A stretch of 63,176 bases of DNA, filler included, from Octopus bimaculoides (GCF_001194135.2; 7 parts of 6 records of this genome joined end to end with filler, not necessarily neighbours in it); one strand, 5' to 3'. Shown: positions 21,013-33,883, counted from the whole stretch's first letter. The notes: generated from the sequence alone by a model not told the origin. A program made the numbers and translations.

Positions 21013-22805
21013 AGAGTAAAGAGAGTTTGAGTGAATGGCGAGATGACACATTCTGAAAAATTTTTTCTGTTACCCATGTCTGTTAGTTTGTCAGTATAAG
21101 AACACATTTTCTCAGCTTTGAAGTGATATCGAAAATGAATATCACTTTCGAGTGATATTCAAAGCCATTTAATTGTATCGTTATTATAAGTGAAGGTGTA
21201 ATTAAGCCAATGATCGAAGAAAAATGATCGGAGAAAAACAGCATTTGTTGCTGTTATTTTTGGTGAGACTACAAACCTCCGAATGAAATCTTAAGTTACA
21301 CGTTTTGCGGTTTGTTAATGAGAAGGAAAAGCTTCAAGAAAGGTTTAGGGGATAAGTCGATGTCAGTAAAGACAGAAAACCTACATCACACTGATAGACG
21401 TTGTACATTGTTATACACATTCACTTAATTCGGTACTCTCTCAGTCAGCTTCAAGAGTCGTGAATGTCGAATTTTCTACCCAACTTTAAAAGGAATTTCG
21501 ACTTTTTCCTCGAAGTCGACAGCTTTGATAGTCCCTACTGGATGAAATTGCTGGAGGATGATTTCTAAAGTTATATGTACGTTACTCGTGCCCTTACTAA
21601 CTACTTCAAAACGGTACATATCGTAGGGAGGGGGAACTATTTTCATTTTCAGACTCCCCGTATGTCAAAGCATATAATACTACACTTTTCACGGAAAACG
21701 GGGAAGGGTGGAACACTCGGAAATATTCCCCAACCTCAGTGGTGGTGATGATGGTGGTGGTGGGGGGGTTTATTGCATGCCCTGGTTACCCGGTCACCCT
21801 TCATCGCAGAAAATACCTACATATACATACACACACACATATATNNNNNNNNNNNNNNNNNNNNNNNNNNNNNNNNNNNNNNNNNNNNNNNNNNNNNNNN
21901 NNNNNNNNNNNNNNNNNNNNNNNNNNNNNNNNNNNNNNNNNNNNNNNNNNNNNNNNNNNNNNNNNNNNNNNNNNNNNNNNNNNNNNNNNNNNNNNNNNNN
22001 NNNNNNNNNNNNNNNNNNNNNNNNNNNNNNNNNNNNNNNNNNNNNNNNNNNNNNNNNNNNNNNNNNNNNNNNNNNNNNNNNNNNNNNNNNNNNNNNNNNN
22101 NNNNNNNNNNNNNNNNNNNNNNNNNNNNNNNNNNNNNNNNNNNNNNNNNNNNNNNNNNNNNNNNNNNNNNNNNNNNNNNNNNNNNNNNNNNNNNNNNNNN
22201 NNNNNNNNNNNNNNNNNNNNNNNNNNNNNNNNNNNNNNNNNNNNNNNNNNNNNNNNNNNNNNNNNNNNNNNNNNNNNNNNNNNNNNNNNNNNNNNNNNNN
22301 NNNNNNNNNNNNNNNNNNNNNNNNNNNNNNNNNNNNNNNNNNNNNNNNNNNNNNNNNNNNNNNNNNNNNNNNNNNNNNNNNNNNNNNNNNNNNNNNNNNN
22401 NNNNNNNNNNNNNNNNNNNNNNNNNNNNNNNNNNNNNNNNNNNNNNNNNNNNNNNNNNNNNNNNNNNNNNNNNNNNNNNNNNNNNNNNNNNNNNNNNNNN
22501 NTTTTTTTTTTTTTTTTTTTTATAGTACATGAGCATGTTGCTAGAAATGAACTTCTATGCATCCAGATGTCGCTAAATAATATATTGATTGCTAATTTCC
22601 AGCCTGTTGTTAATTTGGGGCCCCAGTCGGTCTATGAGGATAGCTTCCATAAAAAGTTAGTAGGTTATTAGGCAAAAGTTGCCTTCCAGGTCGAGTAAAA
22701 TTTTTTTGTTCGGCTGTTGGCTTAAGGTAAATTTAGGGCCCAGACTGAGAAGTACAACTCCTTCATGGGAGAGTGACCCACTCAAGTCTGTGACTAGGGA
22801 TTTCG

Positions 22806-23390
22806 TTGAGATCCACACCGCATTCTACAGGAAAGCAGCTATTAGAGATATGTTTGTTCGCTACAATTCAGCCCTTCCACTTGATGCCAAAATAGGATAC
22901 GCCAGAAATGAACTTACACGCATCCAGAGCAAGTGCAGCAGGACAAAGGACAAGGTGACACACACCACACACTTCCTAGAGGTATTGAAAACCAAAGGGT
23001 ACCCTATATCCATTGTAAATCAGCTTAAGTACCCAAGACGACAAACACATCGAGCACACAAAAAACCCAGCAACACATGCTTCCTTAAAATACTCCATTT
23101 TAGCGAGAGGATAACTACAGCCATCCGAAGAGCCATAAGAAAAGAAGGATTAAACATACAACTAGCCCATTCCGGCCCCTCTCTTAGAAGACACCTAGTA
23201 AAGAAACGAGCAAGGGACGGAAATCAATGCACACTAGCTAACTGCCCCATCCATTTATACCAACGGATTAATGTTGTGCATAGAATACAATGTAACAAAT
23301 GCAACAAGTTCTATGTGAGTAGCACAAGACCGTTACACATTCACATCAAACATCTAAACACGCGAGCCTCCTTCAGAAAACATCTAGACA
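22806..23390 (+). mobile_element. Penelope-like element: RT C-terminus plus GIY-YIG endonuclease remnant
   Basis: VEIHTAFYRKAAIRDMFVRYNSALP..RNELTRIQSKCS..FLEVLKTKGYP....NVVHRIQCNKCNKFYVSSTRPLHIHIKHL, a degenerate VY-x-I-x-C-x2-C-x3-YVG-x-T..L..R..EH motif. Confidence 0.9.
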
Positions 23391-23531
23391 GATATTGGGC
23401 AGAGGTAGTTATACCATTCAATGAAGAGAACAACATAAGCATTTCGAGATAAATGCTTATCTCTAAACGCTTAATTTTATTTTATTCTTCATTTTGTTTT
23501 GCACTTTCTTCCCTATAGTCTGACTATGAGT

Positions 23532-23910
23532 GGAGACGCAATGGCCCAGTGGTTAGGGCAGCGGACTCGCGGTCATAAGATCGCGGTTTCGATTCCCAGA
23601 CCGGGCGTTGTGAGTGTTTATTCAGAAAAAACACCTAAAGCTCCACTAGGCTCCGGCAGGGGATGGTGGCGAACCCTGCTGTACTCTTTCACCACAACGT
23701 TATCTCACTCTTACTTCCTGTTTCTGTTGTGCCTGTAATTCAAAGGGTCATCCTTGTCACACTGTGTCACGCTGAATATCCCCAAGAACTACGTTAAGGG
23801 TACACGTGTCTGTGGAGTGCTCAGCCACTTGCACGTTAATTTCACGAGCAGGCTGTTCCGTTGATCGGATCAACTGGAACCCTCGACGTCGTAAGCGACG
23901 GAGTGCCAAC
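23532..23910 (+). mobile_element. SINE family C (tRNA-Arg-like head, ~380 bp, CAA/CA tail), full length with 58-bp flanking duplication
   Basis: A-box tggcccagtgg, B-box ggtttcgattcc; near-identical copies at 39926-40289 and 49148-49457; direct repeats 23473-23530 / 23924-23981. Confidence 0.9.
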
Positions 23911-24406
23911 ACACACACAACACAATTTTATTTAATTCTTCATTTTGTTTTGCACTTTCTTCCCTATAGTCTGACCATGAGATAGAATTGTAATTTATAA
24001 TCGACCTGACCACCCCCTTTTTTTTTTGTATAATTGTATTTTCTCTATCACTATATCTATGGTTTTAGTTTTATCTGTAAACTGCTGGAAATAACACACT
24101 CCTTTGGGTATGCATTCTCACACTGAGTGAAATAAGGTAGGATCTAACGAAGGACTTATTTAAACAGTCACCGGAATAAGCGCATCTTGCAGTTTAGATG
24201 GCTGATAGTAATTACACATGTTAATAACATCTCACCAATGTACTACTACGAGGGTAAAAATATGTCAAAATAAATGTACAGATTTTAAATAAAGTATGTC
24301 ATTCAATCCATTTTCTATCATTTATCTATTCATATAAACTCTACGAATACAATGGAATCTCTGATTTATATCCAGTAGCAGAAGCATTTCCATTTTACCT
24401 TAATCT

Positions 24407-24453
<47 letters not shown>

Positions 24454-24557
24454 CCTCTCTGTATATATATATATATAGCCAATAACTGTGGACGAGCTAT
24501 GCTTAGTATACTATAAAGTTTTTACCTTAATCTTAAATTAAATATATATTTATGTAC

Positions 24558-24589
<32 letters not shown>

Positions 24590-25810
24590 NNNNNNNNNNN
24601 NNNNNNNNNNNNNNNNNNNNNNNNNNNNNNNNNNNNNNNNNNNNNNNNNNNNNNNNNNNNNNNNNNNNNNNNNNNNNNNNNNNNNNNNNNNNNNNNNNNN
24701 NNNNNNNNNNNNNNNNNNNNNNNNNNNNNNNNNNNNNNNNNNNNNNNNNNNNNNNNNNNNNNNNNNNNNNNNNNNNNNNNNNNNNNNNNNNNNNNNNNNN
24801 NNNNNNNNNNNNNNNNNNNNNNNNNNNNNNNNNNNNNNNNNNNNNNNNNNNNNNNNNNNNNNNNNNNNNNNNNNNNNNNNNNNNNNNNNNNNNNNNNNNN
24901 NNNNNNNNNNNNNNNNNNNNNNNNNNNNNNNNNNNNNNNNNNNNNNNNNNNNNNNNNNNNNNNNNNNNNNNNNNNNNNNNNNNNNNNNNNNNNNNNNNNN
25001 NNNNNNNNNNNNNNNNNNNNNNNNNNNNNNNNNNNNNNNNNNNNNNNNNNNNNNNNNNNNNNNNNNNNNNNNNNNNNNNNNNNNNNNNNNNNNNNNNNNN
25101 NNNNNNNNNNNNNNNNNNNNNNNNNNNNNNNNNNNNNNNNNNNNNNNNNNNNNNNNNNNNNNNNNNNNNNNNNNNNNNNNNNNNNNNNNNNNNNNNNNNN
25201 NNNNNNNNNNNNNNNNNNNNNNNNNNNNNNNNNNNNNNNNNNNNNNNNNNNNNNNNNNNNNNNNNNNNNNNNNNNNNNNNNNNNNNNNNNNNNNNNNNNN
25301 NNNNNNNNNNNNNNNNNNNNNNNNNNNNNNNNNNNNNNNNNNNNNNNNNNNNNNNNNNNNNNNNNNNNNNNNNNNNNNNNNNNNNNNNNNNNNNNNNNNN
25401 NNNNNNNNNNNNNNNNNNNNNNNNNNNNNNNNNNNNNNNNNNNNNNNNNNNNNNNNNNNNNNNNNNNNNNNNNNNNNNNNNNNNNNNNNNNNNNNNNNNN
25501 NNNNNNNNNNNNNNNNNNNNNNNNNNNNNNNNNNNNNNNNNNNNNNNNNNNNNNNNNNNNNNNNNNGGTGTTACAAAACTTTTATAAATCAAATAAGCTC
25601 CCTAAACAAGTCTAATCTTTACCAGAATTAGCATTTTCGATGAGAGATAATTACATAGTATCTACATTCGGCATAATATATATAAGAATACTTCCAGAAT
25701 CTAAGAACTCTTCAAATAAGATTAAGAGACAGTTAACCTCTAAGAACTACAATTTCTAGGAAAGACAAGCTCGAAATCACAACATAACATAAAAAAACTT
25801 TACAGTGAAC

Positions 25811-25868
<58 letters not shown>

Positions 25869-26011
25869 TATATATATATATGTCTACATATGTATATGTG
25901 TGTGTGTGTATGCGTGTTTGCTTGTGCATGTTTTACACAAACATCTATACATACATGCATATATATGTGTGTATATGTGTGCGTGCATGCGTGAGTGCGT
26001 GCGTGCGTGAG

Positions 26012-26059
<48 letters not shown>

Positions 26060-26712
26060 TGTTGCTTTCCGTATGAAATTGTGATGTGATGGTGCTCCTC
26101 TGTGTGATTGCGTGTTTGTGTGTGCGAGTGAGTGTGGGCAGAGGGTGTTTCTTATAAATGACATTATTGTTTCAGATAACAAACGTAACAAGCTTTAAGA
26201 CGCCACTATCACGAACTATGATATAATTAAGCGAAATTATATTTATAAATGGCCAATTGTGTTAGTTTCTTCGAAATACTGATGAGTATGACCATCATGA
26301 TCCAAATATAGTTTCTACACCCACTCAAATTCTACATCCACATAAACTGTATGCAATCGTTACTCAGACAATGAAGAAATATGTGTGTTCCTCAGAAGGG
26401 GTGGAAGTCGATTTAAACGATCTTAAAACGTTATTACTAATTATTTTTATCGCCCCTGGGAATTTGAAATCAGAATGCATGAGGTAAAATCTTGTGTCTA
26501 ATGGTCAACAGGTTCTGTCAGTCCTCTTTCTTAGCAGCTGTTTCTATTATAGGCACAAAGCCAAAGATTTTATCAAGAAAGGAATAGTCGATTGTATTAA
26601 ACCAGTACATTACAAGTACTAGACTTTAACGATCCTGGAGGGTTTTCAATTCAGAACGTTAAGTGTCAGGCGAAACAACACCAGGCAAATCATATAATAA
26701 TGGTTTCTGATT

Positions 26713-26910
26713 GAGGCACAAGGCCAGTAAATTTGAGGAGAGGGTTCAGAAGGTACCATCAATCCCAGAATTTGATAGGTACTTTATTTTATCGAACCTC
26801 AGCGGAATGAAAAGCAAAGCTAATCTCGGCAGGATTTGAACTTAGATTCTAAAATGCTGGAGCGAATGCCACATAGCATTATTTTCCGATGCCCTAATGA
26901 TTCTGCCAGC
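26713..26910 (-). mobile_element. SINE family A, degenerate (a second decayed copy lies at ~26545-26690)
   Basis: aggcacaaggcc...ggtactttattttatcga...ggatttgaactta...atgattctgccagc. Confidence 0.7.
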
Positions 26911-26949
26911 GTAAGTAATCAAGAGTCCCGACAGATCTCTAATCACCGT

Positions 26950-27300
26950 AATCAGTGAGGGCACGCACCCTCTTCTAACTTAGAATAGTTCCATCCAGCC
27001 TAACCATTTTCGTCACAATCACTCATCTCTTGACAAATTCACTAGAGAAGAGCATTTCTCTCTTTAACCTCACTTTCTTTTCTAGGTGGAGCTTAAAAGG
27101 TTAAATAGGAAAGTATCTGTCGTTAAGATTTTCGACATCGTTCAATATATGACCTCTTTCGCCATGTCCACTACGTAGAAGAAAAACTGCCTGCTCGGCT
27201 TTTTCAGAAGAAGTGCTGAAGCGAAGTTCACAATGAACCCGATCGACTGTCGGGTCCATGCCGACGGATGGTGGAAGGGCAGTTACAAACACAAACACAA
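26950..27300 (-). mobile_element. L1/Tx1-like LINE ORF2 C-terminal fragment
   Basis: LPPSVGMDP...KLHLEKKVRLKREMLFSSEFVKRWVIVTKMVRLDGTILS, recalled as the Tx1-type terminal motif HLKxKxRxER..S..F.KRW. Confidence 0.6.
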
Positions 27301-27499
27301 AGTATAAGGTTTTGCATGGAAAATCCAACGAGTAAAAGGGAAGCAACACAGATAATAAATAATAAATAAATAATGATAAGGCAGTCCTCCTAATACTGGT
27401 AGACTAATACTAATCCTCCTAATGGGGCCAGTCAAAGAATCTCACTGACTTAAAATCACCTTGAACACCAAGAGTAAGTATTTCCGCCGACTGTCGTTC

Positions 27500-27860
27500 T
27501 CTGAACTACAACTGTAAACTAAGAGATATTCCATTCAATCTTACCATTTTTACCACTCTTACCCACCTTTCACTGAATTCACTCGGGGACAGTACCTCTC
27601 TTTCTACCTCACCTTTCTTTATAAGCAAAACATTAAAAAGTCGATGAGGATTCGACTAAAGAGGATAAAGTCTTTTCTCAGACCTTTCAATCTCGTCCAC
27701 CACGCAACTCCCTTCACAATAGCCACGAGATAGAAACTGTCGAAGATGGACAGTTGTGTAAACAACGATGTGGACTCGGGCGATAGCCGGATCCGTTCGA
27801 TTCGAGACAGCTATTCGTTGTTAGTTGCAAAGGGTTCGGAATGAGGTAATAAAACAATGC
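27500..27860 (-). mobile_element. Second L1/Tx1-like ORF2 C-terminal fragment
   Basis: ERIRLSP...LVAIVKGVAWWTRLKGLRKDFILFSRILIDFLMFCL*RKVR. Confidence 0.6.
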
Positions 27861-28639
27861 ACATTAAACAGGGAGCATATAAATATGTTGGGGCTTGACA
27901 GAGGGGAAGGGCGAACTGTATTACACAGATAGAGCAGGGACAAGATTAAAATTTATAAAATCGTACAAGCAATTACACGAATGAAAAAACACTGGATCGA
28001 ATCAGATCACCCCACGTCTCTGTCCGCCCACCGTTTCTTGTTTTATAGTTTTATCCGCCCACAAGTATCCGTTAAACATTTTCTACGTGGGTTGATCAAG
28101 GAAGTAATTCACATCCTTAAGAAACACTTTTAATATATCATAATAAAGTCTAATGTTTAACACAGGATTCTATTTATAGCATGTTCCTTATATTCTGCCT
28201 CCTACTTCTTGTTCGCTCTTTTTGTGTAGCTAAGTAACGCCTGCTGAAACAAGAATTTGTCATTGTGTCAGTCAGGCACTGGCTACTCTTGTGGGGGACT
28301 TAAATTCCATTTTATCTTCCCTTTCATCTTTGCTAACACAGTTGTTCTGAGTGAGGGGTGTACTGTATTATTATTTTCAGGATAATACTCTTCTTCGCCT
28401 TTTTGAAAAATATTATCTCTTGCTGTTCATCTCTCTTTCTTATGACTATTTTTTTTCCTTTTGCATTAACCTTTCGCCCCCCCCCCCNNNNNNNNNNNNN
28501 NNNNNNNNNNNNNNNNNNNNNNNNNNNNNNNNNCACCACCACCGCCGCCGTCGTTTTGGAAACTTTCCTCTGCGGCCATTATTTCTTTCTCACCACATGA
28601 CCATGGAATTGTAGTTTCAGTTGCTGTAATCAGGGTACA

Positions 28640-29200
28640 AGATGTCTGCTTACTTATTTTCCAGGATCGGACTCGAGGAGATCATATTCATCATTTCCAG
28701 ATCTTGTTTGGATACTCAGATACTCGATATTGCTTTACACTCTCCTCCGTTCTTGTAATTTTTCCAGATTTTCAGGACAAAAGCTTTCAACTGATTTTAC
28801 TACCAGGCCTTTTCTCCAGCACCATCATCTTCATGTCATTTGTCTCAATGCGTTCAACAAGGCAAAGCTCTGGTGTCGCCTTGTGGCTTTCGGCCAGTCA
28901 TTAAGACTTGCAAATTCACCCTGACACTCCCGATGATATGACGCCTCTCGTTACCTCGCTACTAACTAGCCATCCATGTTATGATACAAGAGTAATGAAC
29001 AATAACAAGTCCACATCTTTTCCAATGTCTCTGACTCCATCCTTGTATATGTCTCCCCCAGACACTGAAGAATAGGTGTATGGATGGCGATGTGACTATT
29101 TCAGCCTGTATTTTGGTTGAGTCATCGGTTCTAAATGTACAACAGACAGTACCTTAAGCCTAACATGCCCCAGTCGATAAAATTTCTCTCGATATTTCTT
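28640..29200 (-). mobile_element. Very old RTE-like 3' fragment
   Basis: Weak residual LMTGRKPQG...GEKAW pattern resembling the post-RT RTE region; heavily broken. Confidence 0.3.
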
Positions 29201-29234
29201 GGAGTGCTTCTTTCGTTTAATGATAACAAGGGTG

Positions 29235-30400
29235 CCGACTTGACCAAGGCCTTTGACACAGTGAAGCGTGAGACGCTCTAGAAAATTTTGTCAAAAGATG
29301 GTCTTCCTAATAAAATGATAAGAGTAATAGTATCTCTGTACAATAAAATGATAGCAACAGTGATATCTAGCAGTCAATATTCAGGGGCATTTTCTGCTAC
29401 CACTGGAACCAAACACGACTGTGTTTTAGCTCCTGTACTTTTTTTCCATGTTCTTTTCAATGATGCTCCAACATGCTGTGAGGGGATACCATGAAGATGT
29501 AAAATTCCTGTTTCGCATAGAAGGAGGTCCACTAAACCTAAGAGGGCAAAGTTTCAGGTCAAAGAAAAAAAACCAAAGAAGAGATTCTACGATGCTTTCC
29601 GTTTGCTGATGATTGCGCTTCATTTCTCATACGTTTGAAGAAATTCAGGAAACAGTCAACAGGTTTGCTGCGGCAGCTCATGCATTTTCAGTATCAGCAT
29701 CAAGAAAACTGAAGTTTTATTCCAACCAAGGCTTGGGTAGAACACACTCGATATTCAAATGTGATGACAGACAAAATTCCACTCAAAATTAGGTCATTTA
29801 AATATCTTGGAAATATAGTAAACTTTAGGAGTACTCTTGATGACGAAATCAATGTTAGAATATCTAAGCTAAAGATGCTTTTGGAAAAGTTTTCCATCGT
29901 TTGTGGGATGAACAGGATGTAAATTTGAAAACTAAAATAAATTTGTACAATTCTTTTATGGGGCAGAAGCATAAACTGCCAACCATAACAGATAAAGAAA
30001 CTTGAAACGTTTCACATGCGCTTTCTGTATAATTGCTGCGACATAAAATGGCAAGATAAGCTAACAAATGTCAAGATCTTAGAAAAATGTGATATCTCCA
30101 GTATCAAAAGCACGCTGCTGAGAATTCAGTACAAATGGGTAGGACATGTTATTCGAATGAAAGATGACCTTATTCCGAAAATTCTTTTATATGGCCAACA
30201 AGTAGACGTACGCCGCGGTAAAAAGAAGACCTGTCCTTAGATGTGAGGATAAGTTGAAGCAATCACTAAAGGTTCTACAGCTTACTTTAACATCTTGAGA
30301 AAGTTATTGCTTAGCTCGATCTGCATAGCGTAAAGTGTGTCATGGTGCGTCAAAACAATTTGAATTGAAGAAACAGAACATTTGCCCAATCTCAGACAGA
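29235..30400 (+). mobile_element. RTE (BovB-like) LINE, RT domains 3-7 and thumb, frameshifted
   Basis: DLTKAFDTVKRETL*KILSKDGLP..G.KHDCVLAPVLF..FADDCA..FKYLG..DDEINVRISK..KWQDKLTNVKILEK..KWVGHVIRMKDDLIPKILLYG. Confidence 0.92.
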
Positions 30401-30622
30401 ATAAAAATCATCAGTATCCCCATTGTGACTCGTAACAAAATCCATACCTGGTCTCAAATTACTCTCACACATCCATCGCAAATAGATGCGGCTTCTATTT
30501 CTAAAGTTGTTTTTGTCTTCTCTCTCTCTCTCTCTCTCTCTCGCTCACTGTCTTTCTCTCACTTTCTCTCTCTCTCTCGCTCACTCTCCCNNNNNNNNNN
30601 NNNNNNNNNNNNNNNNNNNNNN

Positions 30623-30685
<63 letters not shown>

Positions 30686-30702
30686 ATATATGTCGGACGC
30701 TA

Positions 30703-31227
30703 GACTGGCGGACCAGTTAATCTGATCAGGGTCTGGTTTGGTCCCGACCTCCAGGTGGATAATAATTGGGAAGAGATGACAGACAGGGTGGCCTTTATAA
30801 CCCAGAAATGGGCAGAAAGTAATTTGTCCCTCAAAGGTCGGGAAGATGTGGCGAATGACTACATTGCATCTGTCATATACTACCGCCTGACTGTCGTCCT
30901 TTGCCCTGCTGCGTGGCTGAACGGGCTGGTGCGTTCGAGGGGACAGGTCCCGCTTGTCAGACAGGTACCGCTTGTCAGACAGTCTATTTGCTGTCAACAC
31001 TCGTTGCGTGGAGAACTGGGCATGCTGTTGCTGAGGATGCGCAGACATGCACTGAAGCTGCGACATCTCCAGCGAAACCTTAACGGTGAACAGGTGTGGT
31101 CGCTGTTTGTTGAACGTGCTTTTCTGCGGCTCGTCTCCTTGACGGAGCTACAGTCGAGGATCAGGCGTAGACCGAGGCAGGGCGCTTGGCACCTGGAGTG
31201 TCTCCAGGCGAACACAGCCATCGGCCA
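30703..31227 (+). mobile_element. L1/Tx1-like LINE ORF2 post-RT fragment running into a gap
   Basis: VWFGPDLQVDNNWEE..QKWAESNLSLKGREDVANDYIASVIYYRLTVVLCP..SICCQHSLRGELGM; contains an 18-bp in-frame tandem duplication at 30942-30977. Confidence 0.85.
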
Positions 31228-31984
31228 NNNNNNNNNNNNNNNNNNNNNNNNNNNNNNNNNNNNNNNNNNNNNNNNNNNNNNNNNNNNNNNNNNNNNNNNN
31301 NNNNNNNNNNNNNNNNNNNNNNNNNNNNNNNNNNNNNNNNNNNNNNNNNNNNNNNNNNNNNNNNNNNNNNNNNNNNNNNNNNNNNNNNNNNNNNNNNNNN
31401 NNNNNNNNNNNNNNNNNNNNNNNNNNNNNNNNNNNNNNNNNNNNNNNNNNNNNNNNNNNNNNNNNNNNNNNNNNNNNNNNNNNNNNNNNNNNNNNNNNNN
31501 NNNNNNNNNNNNNNNNNNNNNNNNNNNNNNNNNNNNNNNNNNNNNNNNNNNNNNNNNNNNNNNNNNNNNNNNNNNNNNNNNNNNNNNNNNNNNNNNNNNN
31601 NNNNNNNNNNNNNNNNNNNNNNNNNNNNNNNNNNNNNNNNNNNNNNNNNNNNNNNNNNNNNNNNNNNNNNNNNNNNNNNNNNNNNNNNNNNNNNNNNNNN
31701 NNNNNNNNNNNNNNNNNNNNNNNNNNNNNNNNNNNNNNNNNNNNNNNNNNNNNNNNNNNNNNNNNNNNNNNNNNNNNNNNNNNNNNNNNNNNNNNNNNNN
31801 NNNNNNNNNNNNNNNNNNNNNNNNNNNNNNNNNNNNNNNNNNNNNNNNNNNNNNNNNNNNNNNNNNNNNNNNNNNNNNNNNNNNNNNNNNNNNNNNNNNN
31901 NNNNNNNNNNNNNNNNNNNNNNNNNNNNNNNNNNNNNNNNNNNNTTTGAACCTGTGGAAGACACACGAGATGTCGAAATATCGT

Positions 31985-32183
31985 TCACTGCTGGTAGAAT
32001 CATTTAGCAAAATGTTTAGCAGCATTTCGGCTGTCTTCATGTTCTGAGTTCAAATTCCGCCGGGGTCGACTTTACTTTTCATCCTTTCGGGGTCGATAAA
32101 TTAAGTACCAGAGCAACCCTGGGATCGATGTAATGAACTATCCCCTCCCCTAAATTGCAGGCCTTGTGCCTATAGTAGAAAGG
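31985..32183 (+). mobile_element. SINE family A
   Basis: gttctgagttcaaattccgccggggtcgactttac...gtcgataaattaagtacc...gccttgtgcctatagtagaaagg. Confidence 0.85.
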
Positions 32184-32736
32184 ATTATTATCATTATTAT
32201 TGACTCATATGCCAAAACATACAGGACAGGTAAGAGAATACACCCTAGACGGACTGAGAGTGCATGCGGAGCCAAAAGTTCTGACAGATACCATTCAACA
32301 GCACCATCAAGCAGACACTGCAGTACAACTTAGCAATCCAGCTGCAGAACATTGAATGCATTTAACAGTCTAGCAATGAACTGATAATCAATCCAATTGA
32401 AATTTATAATACAGATTTTATCACAGTTTGAAAAAACGGTTCAGGCTAGCCTTGTCGGCTTCTAGACAAGTCCCTGGGCTATTGTTACACGTACACTCCA
32501 CAAACCCTCTATAGATTGCAAGGTTTGATGTTCCACCGAAAGCATTATTCACCTGACAGACTACTTTAGAATAAAAGTAGAGAAAATAATGGCGGGTTCA
32601 ATATATATACAATTTTCTTAAATTTGCATAAATGTAAATTTAAGATATTTTTATGCTAACATAAATAAGTAAGTAAAAGATGTATTTTACACATATACAC
32701 ATGTACACACACAACATACATACAAATGTGTGTATG

Positions 32737-33816
32737 CTAGATATACCCGTGATCCGTTGGGTCACAACCACTCCAAGTTGAAAATGTCGATGCGCGACGG
32801 CAAAGGAAGAAATTCTATTTCGAATTTCATGGAATAAAATTCTTAAATATAATGATACAGTTCTGCCTTTGGTGGGACAACATAAACACGATCAAGTGTT
32901 CTTTGAAGACGTTCAAATGGCCTTCAACTTGTTTTCCTCGCTTTCTTCTTTGCCATTCTTTGTTACTACTGTTCCAAATGAAATACATGGGTACCTTAAC
33001 ATAAAGTAATGTTTTTACAAAGTCATCATTGATGCACAATGAAAAGAATTCCGTCAATGTAGTTCTTATATATCGTTCATTGACAGCCATATATATATCC
33101 TCATTATTTCTGAGCGATATTCTTAGTTCATTTGGTAGATGAACTTGCAGTCTCGATATTGCAGGTGCTCTTTCATGAATTGAAAATTCTAAAATGCACA
33201 CAACTGCTTCGGATGGTCCAATATACCTAACTAATTTCGTTATCATTGTTTGAACAACAGCTTGGACATTTCCTTTCAGAGTGTATTTGATGACGTACTT
33301 AATTGACCTCACTGAGGCAACGATTTCAACGTTGCGGTGGCATTTGAATGCTCTTAACAGAGTTTCATTATAAGGTACAACTCATTTGTTTTTCAGCTCC
33401 TCTATGGCAACTGATCATCGTCTATAAAGAGATAGTCTCTCTGTTTTTCTGCCTTTTGATTAAGATGACAACCTTTACCATAAATATCAATATTTTATTG
33501 TAAATAAAATAGTAATTTTCCCCTTTAAGAAAAAAAAATCAAAAATATATCTCAGAAAAATATAGGGAGAATTTTTATCTTTCAGTCCACTGTACGTCGA
33601 AAGTTGTATAAATGTTTAAGGGAAGAAAAAAGAAAGTAATAAAAAGGACGGATGGCGGTAGCTGCAACGACTCTTTGAAGTGTCACCGCCGCAAATCGAC
33701 ATTTTCAATTTGATTGTTTTTCTTAAATGGGGAAATGACTATTTTATTAATAATCTTCATCACCTTAATCAAAGGGCAGGAAAATAGACAAACTTAAAAT
33801 TTTAGAATATGATAGA
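32737..33816 (-). mobile_element. Internally deleted Helitron retaining a Rep/helicase-linker fragment
   Basis: LRAFKCHRNVEIVASVRSIKYVIKY..RYIGPSEAV..FSIHERAP.I.RLQVHL..TTLTEFFSLC..LLYVKVP.YF.W..WQRRKRG; minus-strand 3' end cccaacggatcacggg-tatat-CTAG (32737-32761); putative 5' TC at the (TCTA)n edge. Confidence 0.85.
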
Positions 33817-33849
33817 TAGATAGATAGACAGACAGACAGGCAGACAGGC

Positions 33850-33883
<34 letters not shown>

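Noticed and set aside
23532-23610. tRNA-like sequence (also at 40215-40289 and 49385-49457)
   Set aside because: SINE head with A and B boxes but no closed acceptor stem, continuing into the SINE body; not a tRNA gene.
26275-26310. Isolated CTGATGA / CTGAAGA / CTGACGA hits (also 14947, 36834, 51455, 52545, 54104, 62161)
   Set aside because: No stem II-GAAA-NUH-stem I arrangement follows; expected by chance or part of SINEs.
32215-32570. Possible decayed RLE zinc-knuckle region (DCKV*CSTESIIHL)
   Set aside because: Too degenerate to call without a profile search.
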